This document shows positions 36,172 through 47,500 of a stretch of DNA of 64,000 nucleotides, one piece after another. The DNA is from Leucoraja erinacea (lineage: Eukaryota). The DNA lies in contig NC_073384.1 of the NCBI RefSeq assembly GCF_028641065.1, positions 53,878,001 to 53,942,000 on the forward strand, given 5' to 3'. A program made the translations under genes and the position numbers. The notes under the pieces were generated by a model. The model searched no databases and was not told the DNA's origin. It was given only the letters and a program-made list of their open reading frames with translations. Numbering within the stretch: the stretch's first letter is position 1; every line of letters begins with the position of its first letter.

Positions 36172-36431
36172 GAACAAAATAGTAAGATTAAACGAGAACT
36201 TACCAGTTTGAAGTTTGATCTTGATTTTATGTAATCGTAATTACGTATTACGTAAAGAAGGGCCGTCCGTCTGCGTGCGCGTCAATCTTCAAAGCAGCGG
36301 TGTTAAATCACAGATAAAAAGAAGACCTGAGAATAGTAAGATTGTGAAGAAACTAAAAACTTCCGTATGACCAAGATAGTATGAGGGTGGGAGCAGTGGG
36401 CATGTAATCGCTCATCGTAACTCCTCATAAA
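36172..36431. mobile_element. Possible DIRS-like terminal fragment
   Basis: aagattaaacgagaacttaccagtttgaagtttgatc resembles recalled DIRS terminal sequence; abrupt CpG-richer composition. Non-coding and recognised from memory only. Confidence 0.4.
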
Positions 36432-37264
36432 TTATTTTATATCAAATTTTATATTCAAGCATTTGATTCACAATAACTAATTGAATTATGTTTTTTCAAA
36501 TAAATGAGTCAATATTAACTCTTAAACCTAATCATATAAGACTAGATCCTGGTATACAATGGGGGTAAAACATAGGAATTCATCCTTAGTCCATCGCACT
36601 AACCTTACCATATAGAAACGTACGTCTAAGTGGGACCCGTTGGGTCCCAGCATCACATGGGAGGGCTGGTCCCCCAACGCAATAGGGGGGGGGGGGCTTT
36701 CTGGAGTGCTAGTATGAGTGTTGTGTGCTGAAGGGACTGGTTTCCAGAGGGCTAGTATGAACATTGTGGGCCAAATGGATTCTTGGGCTGGTGGCCCAGT
36801 CACTCAAGCCTGTTATGCTGGCAGCTCACACAATCACGGCTGGTGGGCTGGCAGTTGACTCATGGCTATTCCTTGAAATCCCATTTCAAGCAGGGTGCAA
36901 GGCCACTAAATTCAAGTGCAGTTTCTTACCACTTCAAGCAGGGTGCAAGGCCACTAAAGACAGCGAGTCGTGACCTCTCCCTCCTCTATCATGCAGAGAC
37001 TGAGCCACTCCCACACTTCTGGGTTTTATAGTCCCTCCCCCTCTCCCACCAGAAGGGGCGTGGTCATGACATAATTGACAGGAGAGAGAATCTCAACATA
37101 TTTTAAACACTAATAACTCTTTTATTTTTCATCGATGGGAAAAATCCTCGGCACCTGATGAGTGTAAGATGGCCAAAAACACAGCCGTAAGTGGTAGTGT
37201 TTTTTCTAAAATTAATATAAAGCGCAAACAGGAAGTGGTCAAGATTAGACTTTTAATTATATAG

Positions 37265-37815
37265 TAGGCAAGGCAACTTTAATTAGGCAAGGCAACTTTA
37301 ATTAGGCAAGGCAACTTTAATTAGGCAAGGCAACTTTAATTAGGCAAGGCAACTTTAATTAGGCAAGGCAACTTTAATTAGGCAAGGCAACTTTAATTAG
37401 GCAAGGCAACTTTAATTAGGCAAGGCAACTTTAATTAGGCAAGGCAACGTTAATCAGGCAAGGCAACGTTAATCAGGCAAGGCAACTTTAATCAGGCAAG
37501 GCAACTTTAATCAGACAAGGCAACTTTAATCAGACAAGGCAACTTTAATTAAACAAGGCAACTTTAATTTGGCAAAGCAACTTTAATTGGGCAAGGCAAC
37601 GTTAATATGGCAAAGCAACTTTAATTAGGCAAGGCAACTTTAATTTGGCAAAGCAACTTTAATTAGGCAACACAGCTTTAACACTTCCAAACCAAAGGCA
37701 ACACAGCTTTAGCATTTCCAAACCAAAGGCAACACAGCTTTAGCTTTTCCAAACCAAAGGCAACAGCTTTAGCATTCCCAAACCAAAGGCAACACAGCTT
37801 TAGCATTTCCAAACT
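37265..37815 (+). repeat. 19-bp tandem array (TAGGCAAGGCAACTTTAAT, ~21 copies) grading into a ~31-bp array (AGGCAACACAGCTTTAGCATTTCCAAACCAA, ~5 copies)
   Basis: Directly visible. Confidence 0.96.
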
Positions 37816-37879
37816 ATATTTTCAAACCACATTGAGGGCACTGACAGGTCAGTAAAACTACTCACAGTTTAGTAGACAT

Positions 37880-38695
37880 GTGGGGGGGGGGGAGGGTGGA
37901 GGGAGAGAGGGTAGGGTGTGGAGGGGGGGGGGTTTAGGGGAGGGGGGGGAGGGGGGAGAGGGGGAGGGGGGGGTGAGAGGGGGGGAAGGGGGGGGGGGGG
38001 GAGGGAGAGAGGGGGGGAGAGAGAGGGGGGAGGGGGGAGAGAGGGTGTGCTGAGAGGGGAGGCGAGAGGTGGGGAGCAGGGAGGGGGAGGGAAGGTGGAG
38101 GGAAGGGGGTAGGGGGTGTGTGTAGGGGAGGGGGGTTTAGGGGAGGAATGGTGGTGGGGAGGGGGGTGAGAAAAAGAGGAGAGAGAGAGGGGAGAGGAGG
38201 GGCGGAGAGGAGAGGGGGGGGAGGTGAGAGGGGGGGGAGGTGAGGGGGGGGAGGTGAGGGGGGGAGGAGAGGGGAGGAGGGGGGGAGAGGAGAGGAGGAG
38301 GGGAGGGGAGAGGAGAGGGGAGAGAGGAAGGGGAGGGAGAGGGGGGGGANNNNNNNNNNNNNNNNNNNNNNNNNNNNNNNNNNNNNNNNNNNNNNNNNNN
38401 NNNNNNNNNNNNNNNNNNNNNNNNNNNNNNNNNNNNNNNNNNNNNNNNNNNNNNNNNNNNNNNNNNNNNNNNNNNNNNNNGGAGGGCAGGAGAGAGGGAA
38501 AGGGAGAGGAGAGGAGAGGGGAAGGGAGGGAGGGAGAGAGAGAGTGAGGGGGGAGAGGGAGAGGGAGGACAGGGGAGGGGGAGAGAGGAGAGGGGGGAAG
38601 GGGGAGAGGAGAGGAGGGGGAAGGGGAGAGGGAGGAGGGGGGGAGGGGAGGGGAGGGGGGGGGGGGGGGGTAGAGGAGAGGGGGGGGGGGGAGAA
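37880..38695 (+). repeat. G/A-rich low-complexity tract containing an assembly gap (N at 38350-38480)
   Basis: Directly visible. Confidence 0.97.
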
Positions 38696-39499
38696 CCTAA
38701 AAAACATTTTAGAACCAAAAAAAGACATTTTGCAAACATTTTAGAACCAATAGACACATTCTGCAAGCATTTTAGAACCACTAAGGCCATTTACATTTGA
38801 GTAGACATGTGTTTAGTGTTATTCACAACTCAGAGAAACGTGACCCTCTGCCTTCCTCCAGATTGCAGACACTGATTGATGCACACCACTTCCTGGTTTT
38901 ATAGTCCCTCCCCCCGCCGCCAGCAGGGGCAGCAGAGAGAATGGGGAATTTTGTAAAATCATTAATTTTCATCGACAGGAAAAATCCTCAGCACACATAT
39001 GGCGGAGGGGGGCTCTGAGCGAGGTGGCCAAATATGACGGCCGTAGATGGTGGCGTTCTCTCGGAAATCGCAGCACAGATTGCCAAAACCGGTCAAGAAC
39101 AGACTTTTAGTAATATAGATAGATAGATAGATAGTATACCTTGCTCAAAGGCTGTCAAATGCAGGTGAATTTCGGAAAAAAAAAGGATAACCAAATTGTC
39201 ATGAAGTAAAGAGGCAGCAGGCAGCGTGTAGTATATCACAAGTACTACTTGATACATTAGTCAGTCATTTTAACTTCTCATCACAATTAAACTTGTTTTA
39301 CCAGATTTCTACCTTATGTTGAAAAGATGGGAAGCTTTGGCTCTATTTCCCACGATTGCTGCTGTGATCACAATTTAATCACTGCAAAACATGTTTCTCT
39401 GAGGTAGAATTGATTCTAACTGTACTTTCTTGCCTTCTTCGTTAAGCATGGTGCAGTCCAAAATGGGCTGCATTTTTCTCAGCAATTGATGTACAGATG

Positions 39500-39740
39500 T
39501 GGCAGTGTAGTCAAAAGCATTGGTTATATTGTTCTTGTCTCTGGACTATAAGGTTAGGGATTCAAACTCATACCTAATACCGATTCATCAGTGCAGTTTA
39601 AAGGGGACACTACATAGCTATAGGCATACTGCTTCAGATAAAATTTTAAACCAAGGTTCTGTCTGTCCTGGTTGAATGATAAAGATCCCTTGGCTCTAAT
39701 TACAAAGCGCAGGCTGTAACTTTGTTCTGGTCAATATTCT
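39500..39740 (+). mobile_element. Ancient DeuSINE (SacSINE1-like) relic
   Basis: ttcagataaaattttaaaccaaggttctgtctgtcct...aaagatcccttggctcta...ctggtcaatatt matches the recalled Deu domain (ttcggatgagacgttaaaccgaggccccgtctgccct...aaagatcccatggcacta...ctggccaatatt) and the reverse complement of 57260-57440. Confidence 0.65.
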
Positions 39741-40449
39741 CTCAAGAAAACCCTTCCAAGTTGAGTTCTGATGACTGCTACCCCAAGGGCTCAATGTAAA
39801 TTAGATATGCAATCTCATTGGGCTACATTGGTTAAATATCTTCAAATAAGTAAGTCTCCCATCTGACTTCATTTGGGCTGCTTGTAAGATGAAATAGCAT
39901 GAAAATGACAATACTGTAGGCACACATTTGCTGGGATTGTATCATTGAATTCTCTATTCCCTTGGCAGTTTTTGTACTTCACCTGCTCTATTACACTTAA
40001 TATCCAAATAATGTTATCATGTTGATTTTTTAGTGCAATTAGTTTGATTTACATCAATAGATAAAGTGAGAGAATATGCTTTAATTCACTGATTTACGCG
40101 TTATTGTTCCAGCCAAGGCCTTAACCTGCCTCCAAAGTGAGACTTCATTAAAACTACTTTGAATTGACTTTTGAATCACAAACTAAATCCATTAAAAAAA
40201 ACTATTAAAAATGTGGTTAGTTGGCCCAACTATGAATTGCATTATTTCCTTCCTGTCAATGTGATATACGTGTTTTATTTAATTGAAAGTATATTCTGAA
40301 AAAGGAAATTAGTAATATATCCCAAAAGTATTAAAATAAAATCAACTTTGAATGTTTTGGAGAAGTTCAATGGGCTCAAAGCAATCAATGATAAAATAAT
40401 CTCCAGTTAAAATAGGATGGATTGCTTTGTGATAACTGAATGATTGTTA

Positions 40450-40742
40450 TTTTGTTTCGTTTAGAGATATGGCACAGAAACAGGCCTACCGGGTGTGTGC
40501 CAACCAGCAATCCCCGCACATTAATGTTATTCTACATACTACAGGGACAATTTACAATTATAGCAAGCCAATTAACATACAAACCTGTACATCTTTGAAG
40601 TGTGGGAGGAAACTGGAGAAAACCCACGCAGGTCACGGGGAGAATGTGCAAACTCCTTACAGCTAGCACCCATAGTCAGGATTGAACCTGGGTCTCTGGC
40701 ACTGTAAGGCAGCAATCCTACCACTGTGCCACCGTTCAGCCC
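40450..40742 (-). mobile_element. HE1/V-SINE
   Basis: Same consensus as 50472-50792. Confidence 0.9.
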
Positions 40743-40864
40743 CTTGTTTCTACATTATGTCTGATGATGCTGCAGTCTGACTTGCTGGTTACTCCCATGT
40801 GGATTGACTTGAACTTTTCAATTTTAACCAAAACAGAGTTTACATTGCAGCAGACACGATGTAA

Positions 40865-41095
40865 TAAAAATGAACTGCAGATGCTGTTTTATACCAAAGA
40901 TAGACACAAAATGCTGCAGTAAACTCAGCAGGGTCAGGAAGTATCTCTGGGGAAAAATGACGGGATATGTTTCAGGCCGGGACTTTTCTTCAGACTGATT
41001 GTCGGGGGGAGGAACTGGAAGCAAGAAAAGACCAGGACAAATCAGGGCTGGCAACAGATGAAATCATGCAGATGACTCCAATGGGCCGTTTGTGA
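40865..41095 (-). mobile_element. Penelope terminal fragment with decayed hammerhead
   Basis: gaactgcagatgctg...agacacaaaatgctg...ttcttcagactgat. Confidence 0.82.
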
Positions 41096-41425
41096 ACTGT
41101 GGAACTGGTTCATTTACATTTGTTTTTTGAATGTCACGTATGCCTGTCAAGTGCGTATACAAACCACATACAACAGCACATACAAATTTGTTATTGGAAG
41201 TTTGTTTGTCAGTAGCATGATGGCAGTGAAAACCCCCCAGAATTAAATCTTGGAGCATAAATATGGTAAAAGCAAAGGTGTGTATGAATATATGAAAGGT
41301 ATTGATGATTTTGATGAAGTTCCTCAGTCTGATGGTGTCGGCTTTGGCAGCTCCATTGCCTAAAGAAAGTATCAAATGTTCTCCAGTATTTAATTACAGG
41401 CACAATACAAGAACATCAAAGCTTT

Positions 41426-43177
41426 CTCTACAAAGCTGAGGCCACGCGCCAACTATCGGACACCTCCTCCTACTTACCCCTGGACCATGACCCCACTGAC
41501 GAGCACCAGGCCACCATCTCCAGCACCATCACCAACTTCATCCACTCCAATGCCCTACCCGACCGAGCCTCCAACCTCATCGTTCCCCAGCCCCGCACAG
41601 CCCGATTTTACCTTCTCCCTAAAATCCACAAACCAGATTGTCCCGGAAGACCCATTGTCTCCGCCTGTTCGTGCCCCACCGAACTCATTTCCAAATACCT
41701 TGACTCCATCCTATCACCCTTGGTTAAATCCCTCCCTACCTATGTCCAAGACACCTCAGACACTCTCCGTCGTCTCCGCGCATTCAATTCTCTAGGCCCT
41801 CACCCCCTCATCTTCACCATGGACGTCCAATCACTATACACCTCCATCCCCCACCACGATGGTCTCACAGCCCTCCGGTTCTTCCTCGACCAGAGAAGCA
41901 ACCCATACCCAGCCACTGACACTCTCCTCCGCCTAGCGGAGCTGGTCCTTACCCTCAATAACTTCGAGTTCGACTCCTCCCACTTCCTCCAAATACAAGG
42001 CGTAGCTATGGGCACACGCATGGGCCCCAGCTATGCCTGCCTATTTGTAGGTTACGTCGAACAATCCTTGTTCCATACATACCAGGGCCCCATCCCCAAC
42101 CTCTACCTCCGCTACATCGACGACTGCTTTGGTGCCACCTCCTGCACCCGCACACAACTGACTGACTTCATCCACTTCACCACTAATTTCCACCCGGCAC
42201 TGAAATACACCTGGACCATCTCCGACACTTCCCTACCATTCCTTGACCTCACTATCTCCATTGCAGGTGATAGACTTCTAACCGACATACACTATAAACC
42301 CACTGACTCCCATGGCTATCTGGACTACACTTCTTCCCACCCTGCTTCCTGTAAGGACTCCATCCCCTACTCCCAATTCCTCCGTCTACGCCGTATCTGC
42401 TCCACGGATGAGGCGTTCCACACCAGGACATCTGAAATGTCCTCACTATTCAGGGAACGGGGGTTCCCCTCCTCCACCATAAATGAGGCTCGCACCAGGG
42501 TCTCTTCCATACCCCGCAACACTGCTCTCTCTCCCCATCCCCGCACTCGCAACAAGGGCCGAGTCCCCCTAGTCCTCACCTTTCACCCCACCAGCCATCA
42601 CATACAAAAAATAATCCTCCGTCAGTTTCGCCACCTCCAACGTGACCCCACTACTGGCCACATCTTCCCATCTCCCCCCATATCTGCCTTCCGCAAAGAC
42701 CGCTCCCTCCATAACTCCCTTGTCAATTCTTCCCTTCCCTCTCGGTCCACCCCCTCCCCGGGCACTTTCCCTTGCGGCCGCAGCAGATGCAACACTTGTC
42801 CCTTTACCTCCCCCCTCAACTCCTTTCAGGGACCCAAGCAATCGTTCCAGGTGCGACAGAGGTTTACCTGCATCTCTTCCAACCTCATCTATTGCGTCCG
42901 CTGCTCTAGATGTCAGCAGATCTATATCGGTGAGACCAAGCGGAGGTTGGGCGATCGTTTCGCCGAACACCTCCGCTCGGTCCGCAATAACCTAGCTGAC
43001 CTCCCGGTGGCTCAGCACTTCAACTCCCCCTCCCACTCCGTCTCCGACCTCTCTGTCCTGGGTCTCCTCCATGGCCACAGCGAGCAGCACCGGAAATTGG
43101 AGGAACAGCACCTCATATTCCGTTTGGGGAGTCTGCACCCCGGGGGCATGAACATCGACTTCTCCCAATTCTGTTAG
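41426..43177 (+). CDS. Penelope RT-GIY-YIG polyprotein, 5'-truncated (frame open from 41426; ORF track reports 41720-43177)
   Basis: FYLLPKIHK...GRPIVS, TMDVQSLYTSIP, QIQGVAMGT, YLRYIDD, LPFLDL, CGRSRCNTC linker and NLIYCVRC..C..IYIGETKR...RFAEH. No stop codons. Confidence 0.93.
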   Translation, partial: LYKAEATRQLSDTSSYLPLDHDPTDEHQATISSTITNFIHSNALPDRASNLIVPQPRTARFYLLPKIHKPDCPGRPIVSACSCPTELISKYLDSILSPLVKSLPTYVQDTSDTLRRLRAFNSLGPHPLIFTMDVQSLYTSIPHHDGLTALRFFLDQRSNPYPATDTLLRLAELVLTLNNFEFDSSHFLQIQGVAMGTRMGPSYACLFVGYVEQSLFHTYQGPIPNLYLRYIDDCFGATSCTRTQLTDFIHFTTNFHPALKYTWTISDTSLPFLDLTISIAGDRLLTDIHYKPTDSHGYLDYTSSHPASCKDSIPYSQFLRLRRICSTDEAFHTRTSEMSSLFRERGFPSSTINEARTRVSSIPRNTALSPHPRTRNKGRVPLVLTFHPTSHHIQKIILRQFRHLQRDPTTGHIFPSPPISAFRKDRSLHNSLVNSSLPSRSTPSPGTFPCGRSRCNTCPFTSPLNSFQGPKQSFQVRQRFTCISSNLIYCVRCSRCQQIYIGETKRRLGDRFAEHLRSVRNNLADLPVAQHFNSPSHSVSDLSVLGLLHGHSEQHRKLEEQHLIFRLGSLHPGGMNIDFSQFC

Positions 43178-43290
43178 TCCTTGCTGTCTCCTCCCCTTCC
43201 TCAGCTCCCCTGCTGTCTCCTCCCACCCTCCAGCCTTCCGGCTACTCCTCCTTTTCCCTTTCTTGTCCCCACCCACCCCCACCCCTGATC

Positions 43291-43324
43291 AGTCTGAAGA
43301 AGGGTTTCGGCCCGAAACGTTGCC
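43291..43324 (+). ncRNA. Minimal type I hammerhead ribozyme motif
   Basis: agtCTGAAGA-A-GGGT-TTCG-GCCC-GAAA-CGTTgcc, identical to 34174-34207. Penelope termini are known to carry minimal hammerheads. Confidence 0.82.
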
Positions 43325-44049
43325 TATTTCCTTCGCTCCATAGATGCTGCTGCACCCGCTGAGTTTCTCCAGCTTTTCTGTGTTAAGCTTTGTGACTGAT
43401 GGAATTACTTTGGTGCTAAAACCATGTTGGATACTAGCTTTGACTTTCAAGCATGTTTGAATTCCAGAATAACTGATGAACTCTATTAGCTCCTTAAAAG
43501 AGGCAGAGTTAAATTCAACCTTTAGCCACCAAGTTTAACAGGTCATAATCCCAAAATCAGCATCAGTAGATTTTATAACAAAGAGCACTTTCACCATGTG
43601 CTTCACAGAGTTGAGGCATGTCACATTGGCCCATTACATTCTTGTAAAGCAGGATGCATTTCCTGGACTAAAGTCCTTGTCAAACTAAATAAAATGATAA
43701 ATAGAACCTCAAAAACTGAAGCAAACATAAAATCGTCCTTCTGATATATTAAGTTCTAGAACTGCCTTTAAGTACATAGCCTTTGGGCTCGGAAGTCCTA
43801 GCATTGCTAACTGATCTAAGTTGACACTGGAGTAAAGAACAGGAAGAATCATTCAATGAAGATATTTGAATTTAATGAAATGCTGTTCTCTCTTTGCCAA
43901 TGTGGGGTGAAAGTGACACATACAGGTTAATTTGACTTTATAGATATGTTATATTGTACTGTTCTTATGACCCAATCTGGAGACAATTTGTGGCACAGAG
44001 AGCGTTAACTTTGCTCCTTGGTTACATTTTAACTCTGTTCTGCTCTTTT

Positions 44050-47000
44050 TTAGACATGAAGACAAATTGTTCAAAGAAAGTACTTCAGCCAGAAGATGAA
44101 TGCTGTGTCTTCATTTGAAATCATAATCACATAATTTGGTGAGACTCACAGCCATAATTACAATTTAATATATGGATCAATAAGCAATAAGGCATTTTAG
44201 ACAGGTCCGTACGTTTTATTTTATCTCAGTTAACTGTAATATTAATTGAAATGGTATTAAAATTCCCATTGAAATCAGACGTTGCCATTTTTTCAGAAAA
44301 AGGTAATTAATTACACATATATAGTTAAGCCCTTATACCTTCTGAAATCATCATTTTCTTGCTATGTTTTTCCAGTAATGTTTCAATCGTACTTTAATGC
44401 AACCTGAGCTGTGATTCCAGCTAGCAAAGTAAGCGAGTCATTAAATCCATTTAAAATAGCCTCATTTGCAGAGTAATAAAATTTTTAATCATTTTATTAC
44501 TAAAAGAGTATTTAATAAGTACCTAATTAAATGCCACAGGCAGGTTATCTGAGTTTAACCTTCAGAGGAAAACTATGTATCATACTTTGCCTCTGGCATT
44601 ATGGGATATAAATGTCATCCTCATAATCATTGTCTGAAAACGTGCTGCTGGCATTTTCTAAAGCTATATCTAAATCATAAGATAAAATTAACAACCACTC
44701 AGATAATTTCCAGGTTGCATGTGCCTTCAGTAAATTAAAATCATCCCTATTGCTTTTGCAAAGTGGGTTGCTTTTTATATCTTTCGGTTCACTTAGCTGG
44801 CGTAGATTATGAAGGGAATGGGAACAGATTCCATTTAAATAACACCTCTGGTTTCTTTGTCCCTTCTTATACATTTTTGATTAAATGCTTTTCAACCTTT
44901 CTTTTATACCTAATGTTAGTGTCTGTGGCTCCTGCAAGCAAACGCCAGTTTCTTCAACTCTTGAGATTTGAGTTTAAATTTATTCATTTGGCAGGATGAA
45001 ACTTTCATCTCTATCAATCGTAAATGGCCCATGAATGAATCTCCGTGTCTCACATCCCACCACCATCTAAGAGCGGATAATCCAGAGCTAAATGTGCATG
45101 TTCATTTAGAGAAATCAAATGCAAATTAAAAATTGCCATAATGGCGCTGTAGAAAGTTGTCAACATAGTTTGGGGTTGAGGTTAGTGTTTTACTCTGCAT
45201 CTAATTGAGATACGTTACGCTTGTAATGAATGTCAGCAAAAATAAAACTTAATGTTTTACAATACTGAAATTCTTTTAGCAATAAAAATTATCTCACCAA
45301 CAAAAATGCGGCCATATTTTCATTGCTTAGAAAGACCTGCAATGGAATGAAACCCCAATTGGTTAACTTAAAAATTGGGTTAAGTTAAACCAGGATTGGG
45401 TTCTGTTAAAAGTTTGGGCTAACGTAATTGAATATATGAATGTTGCATGTGAAAACTGCATGAAGTTAATGCACAAGAATTCGATGTATAAGATTATGAA
45501 ATGCTCAAAAAATATCTGATAATGCACTTGCAATTGAACCAGAAGAGGTTTAATCAAACTAATTTTATACAAGTTTGATGGTTTTGTACTCTTCCAAAAC
45601 TAAAACTAATTGACAAATGTCAGAAGGATTTTCTTTTAGAGGGGAAATTTGCATAATATATGCTCAATATAAAATAACAATTTTCAAATGTAGAATTCAT
45701 ATTAAATAATAATTAATTTTAAAAAAATAAGTAAATAAACCACTGCCCCTTTAAATGATGCATTGCAAAATTAAACATAAAACCAGGGTACATAATCTGT
45801 TCTCAAATGCTGTCTATGGTAAATGTTTTCAGACAAATAATTTGTTTGATATAAAAACCAAATACCAGTTGTGAAATGCATGCAATTTTCAGAAGATGAC
45901 TTAATTTATATCTTATTTTTAAATTAGCATTTCATACTTACTGTCAAAAATTCTGCACCTTATTCACTCTGTACCTTCAGCTCAGACCAGCTTAACCTGC
46001 ACTTGATCCACTGTATTCATGAAGAATATTTGATCTTTCATTGTGAATAAGGACAAGAACATTGTTTTCTCTTTTACATTGTTTGCCCAATATTGTGTAA
46101 TGTTACAGAATTTAGTATCTGGCATTAATTGATGCAAAAGCAATTTTAATGAAGTCAGAAGAAAATTTGCAAATAGTGAGGTCCAACAGTTAAGTTGGCA
46201 TCTAAATCTCCCCGACAATTCATAAGGTTTAGATGAGGTTTATGAGCGTGTCAAGTTTTCTCCTTTTTATGATATCACCTATACTCCCTCAATAGTTGGG
46301 CTACTTGTAACTCACTCCATCCCTCTATTATTACCTCCCATTGGGAGTTAGAGCATTTGATTGACTGTGCCCTTGTCTGTCATTTTAACACATTTCAACT
46401 CTTTCCAACATCTTCCCAGTTGATTGCAGATTTATTTTTCTCCTGTTTGGCTCAATTTGTACCGATGAGATTACGAGGCAAATATTCATGTTCACTGTGG
46501 AGAAACAAGAATGTTTTAAAAAAAACACAAAGCAGCGGTATGCCGACCATGTATCAATGACTGCACAGCTGCGGGTTTGAAAGGTTCTTAGTACACAGTT
46601 CACACTGAGCTCCGGGAGGTGTAGCTCTGATATAACTGTGATCTTTGTCTGTTTGTGCATCTTTTTTTTTTTCCTGAAGTCAACACACATGCAGTCAGAT
46701 TTGTCTTCAATCAAACATTTCATCAGTTTAATGTGGAATCATTCCAAAGGTCAAACGGGTATATTTCCTGCATAAAAATGCAACTCTCTCACGTCATTTT
46801 GATAAAATTCTAGAATCTAAGGTTTAATTGCAAGAAGAAAGCATTTTTTAAATGTATTTTTGGAAAATGATAGTGCTCCAGTCCATGACTGTTTGTTATC
46901 TGCAGCCTTCACAGTTGACAGCAGGCTGACTGATTAATATTGTTAGATTAACCCCTTGGGTCTCTTTAATATTCATTAGATGAACCCTCTCATCCACCCT

Positions 47001-47500
47001 CCTTCATCCCCATCCACTTCCCATCCACATCCAATAATGTTTGATGATTTGGTGATTTCATCAATGATTTAAAAAAGAAGAAATAACAAAACAGCCAAGA
47101 AAGTGAAATCATACATTATTACTTTTATTTACAATTATATTGTATTCCCAATCACTTCATTTCAAACTTTAAACTTTGAATTGCAACACTTTCACAATGT
47201 TGAAGTTTAACTTTGTTCTGCTTTCTTCAGCCTAGGTGAGTGTCTTGTGGAAAGTGCAATGTATGCATGTTTTAAGCCATAACTTGTCACATTTGTTAAT
47301 AATCCTCCTTTTTAAATTCCAATTACACTGGTTGGTGAGAATTGCCAAGCGCTTAATTGCCACTAAAAATGACTTAAATTTAATAGGTTTAAAATGTATT
47401 ACTGTAGAGTAATTACTACTTACTTTACAAATTGCTGCAAAACTGTGGCGTGACTTCCCAAACAGATGAGAATGTCGGGAGGCAGTGTTTTCCCTGGAAT
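44050..47500. promoter_or_regulatory. Putative cluster of conserved non-coding elements or enhancers
   Basis: No recognisable TE, AT-rich, dense TAAT/TAATTA. Octamers at 45119-45126 and 45647-45654. Meis TGACAG (46916-46921) next to Pbx-Hox TGATTAAT (46931-46938). Conservation cannot be shown from this window. Confidence 0.45.
47231..47235 (+). other. Candidate 5-nt microexon (CCTAG) or recursive splice site
   Basis: tttaac-tttgttcTGCtttcttcAG|CCTAG|GTGAGT with TGCATG at 47264-47269. Confidence 0.45.

Larger units (their letters stand above)
36621..39119 (-). mobile_element. Composite non-autonomous Helitron-like element containing satellites
   Basis: The minus strand starts A|TCTATATTACTAAAAG (39119). 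Subterminal hairpin TGGGACCC-AAC-GGGTCCCA (36631-36649) lies ~10 nt from a decayed 3' end. A second internal 5'-end copy is at ~37020-37265. Shares termini with 51252-51877. Confidence 0.7.
41426..43384 (+). mobile_element. Young 5'-truncated Penelope-like element (Neptune type)
   Basis: Uninterrupted RT + Cys-rich linker + GIY-YIG frame, 3' UTR with a hammerhead, and a 7-bp TSD AAGCTTT at 41419-41425 and 43385-43391. Confidence 0.95.

Noticed and set aside
37918-38790. Long Pro/Ser/Leu-rich and Gly-rich ORFs
   Set aside because: Translations of a G/A low-complexity tract spanning an N gap.
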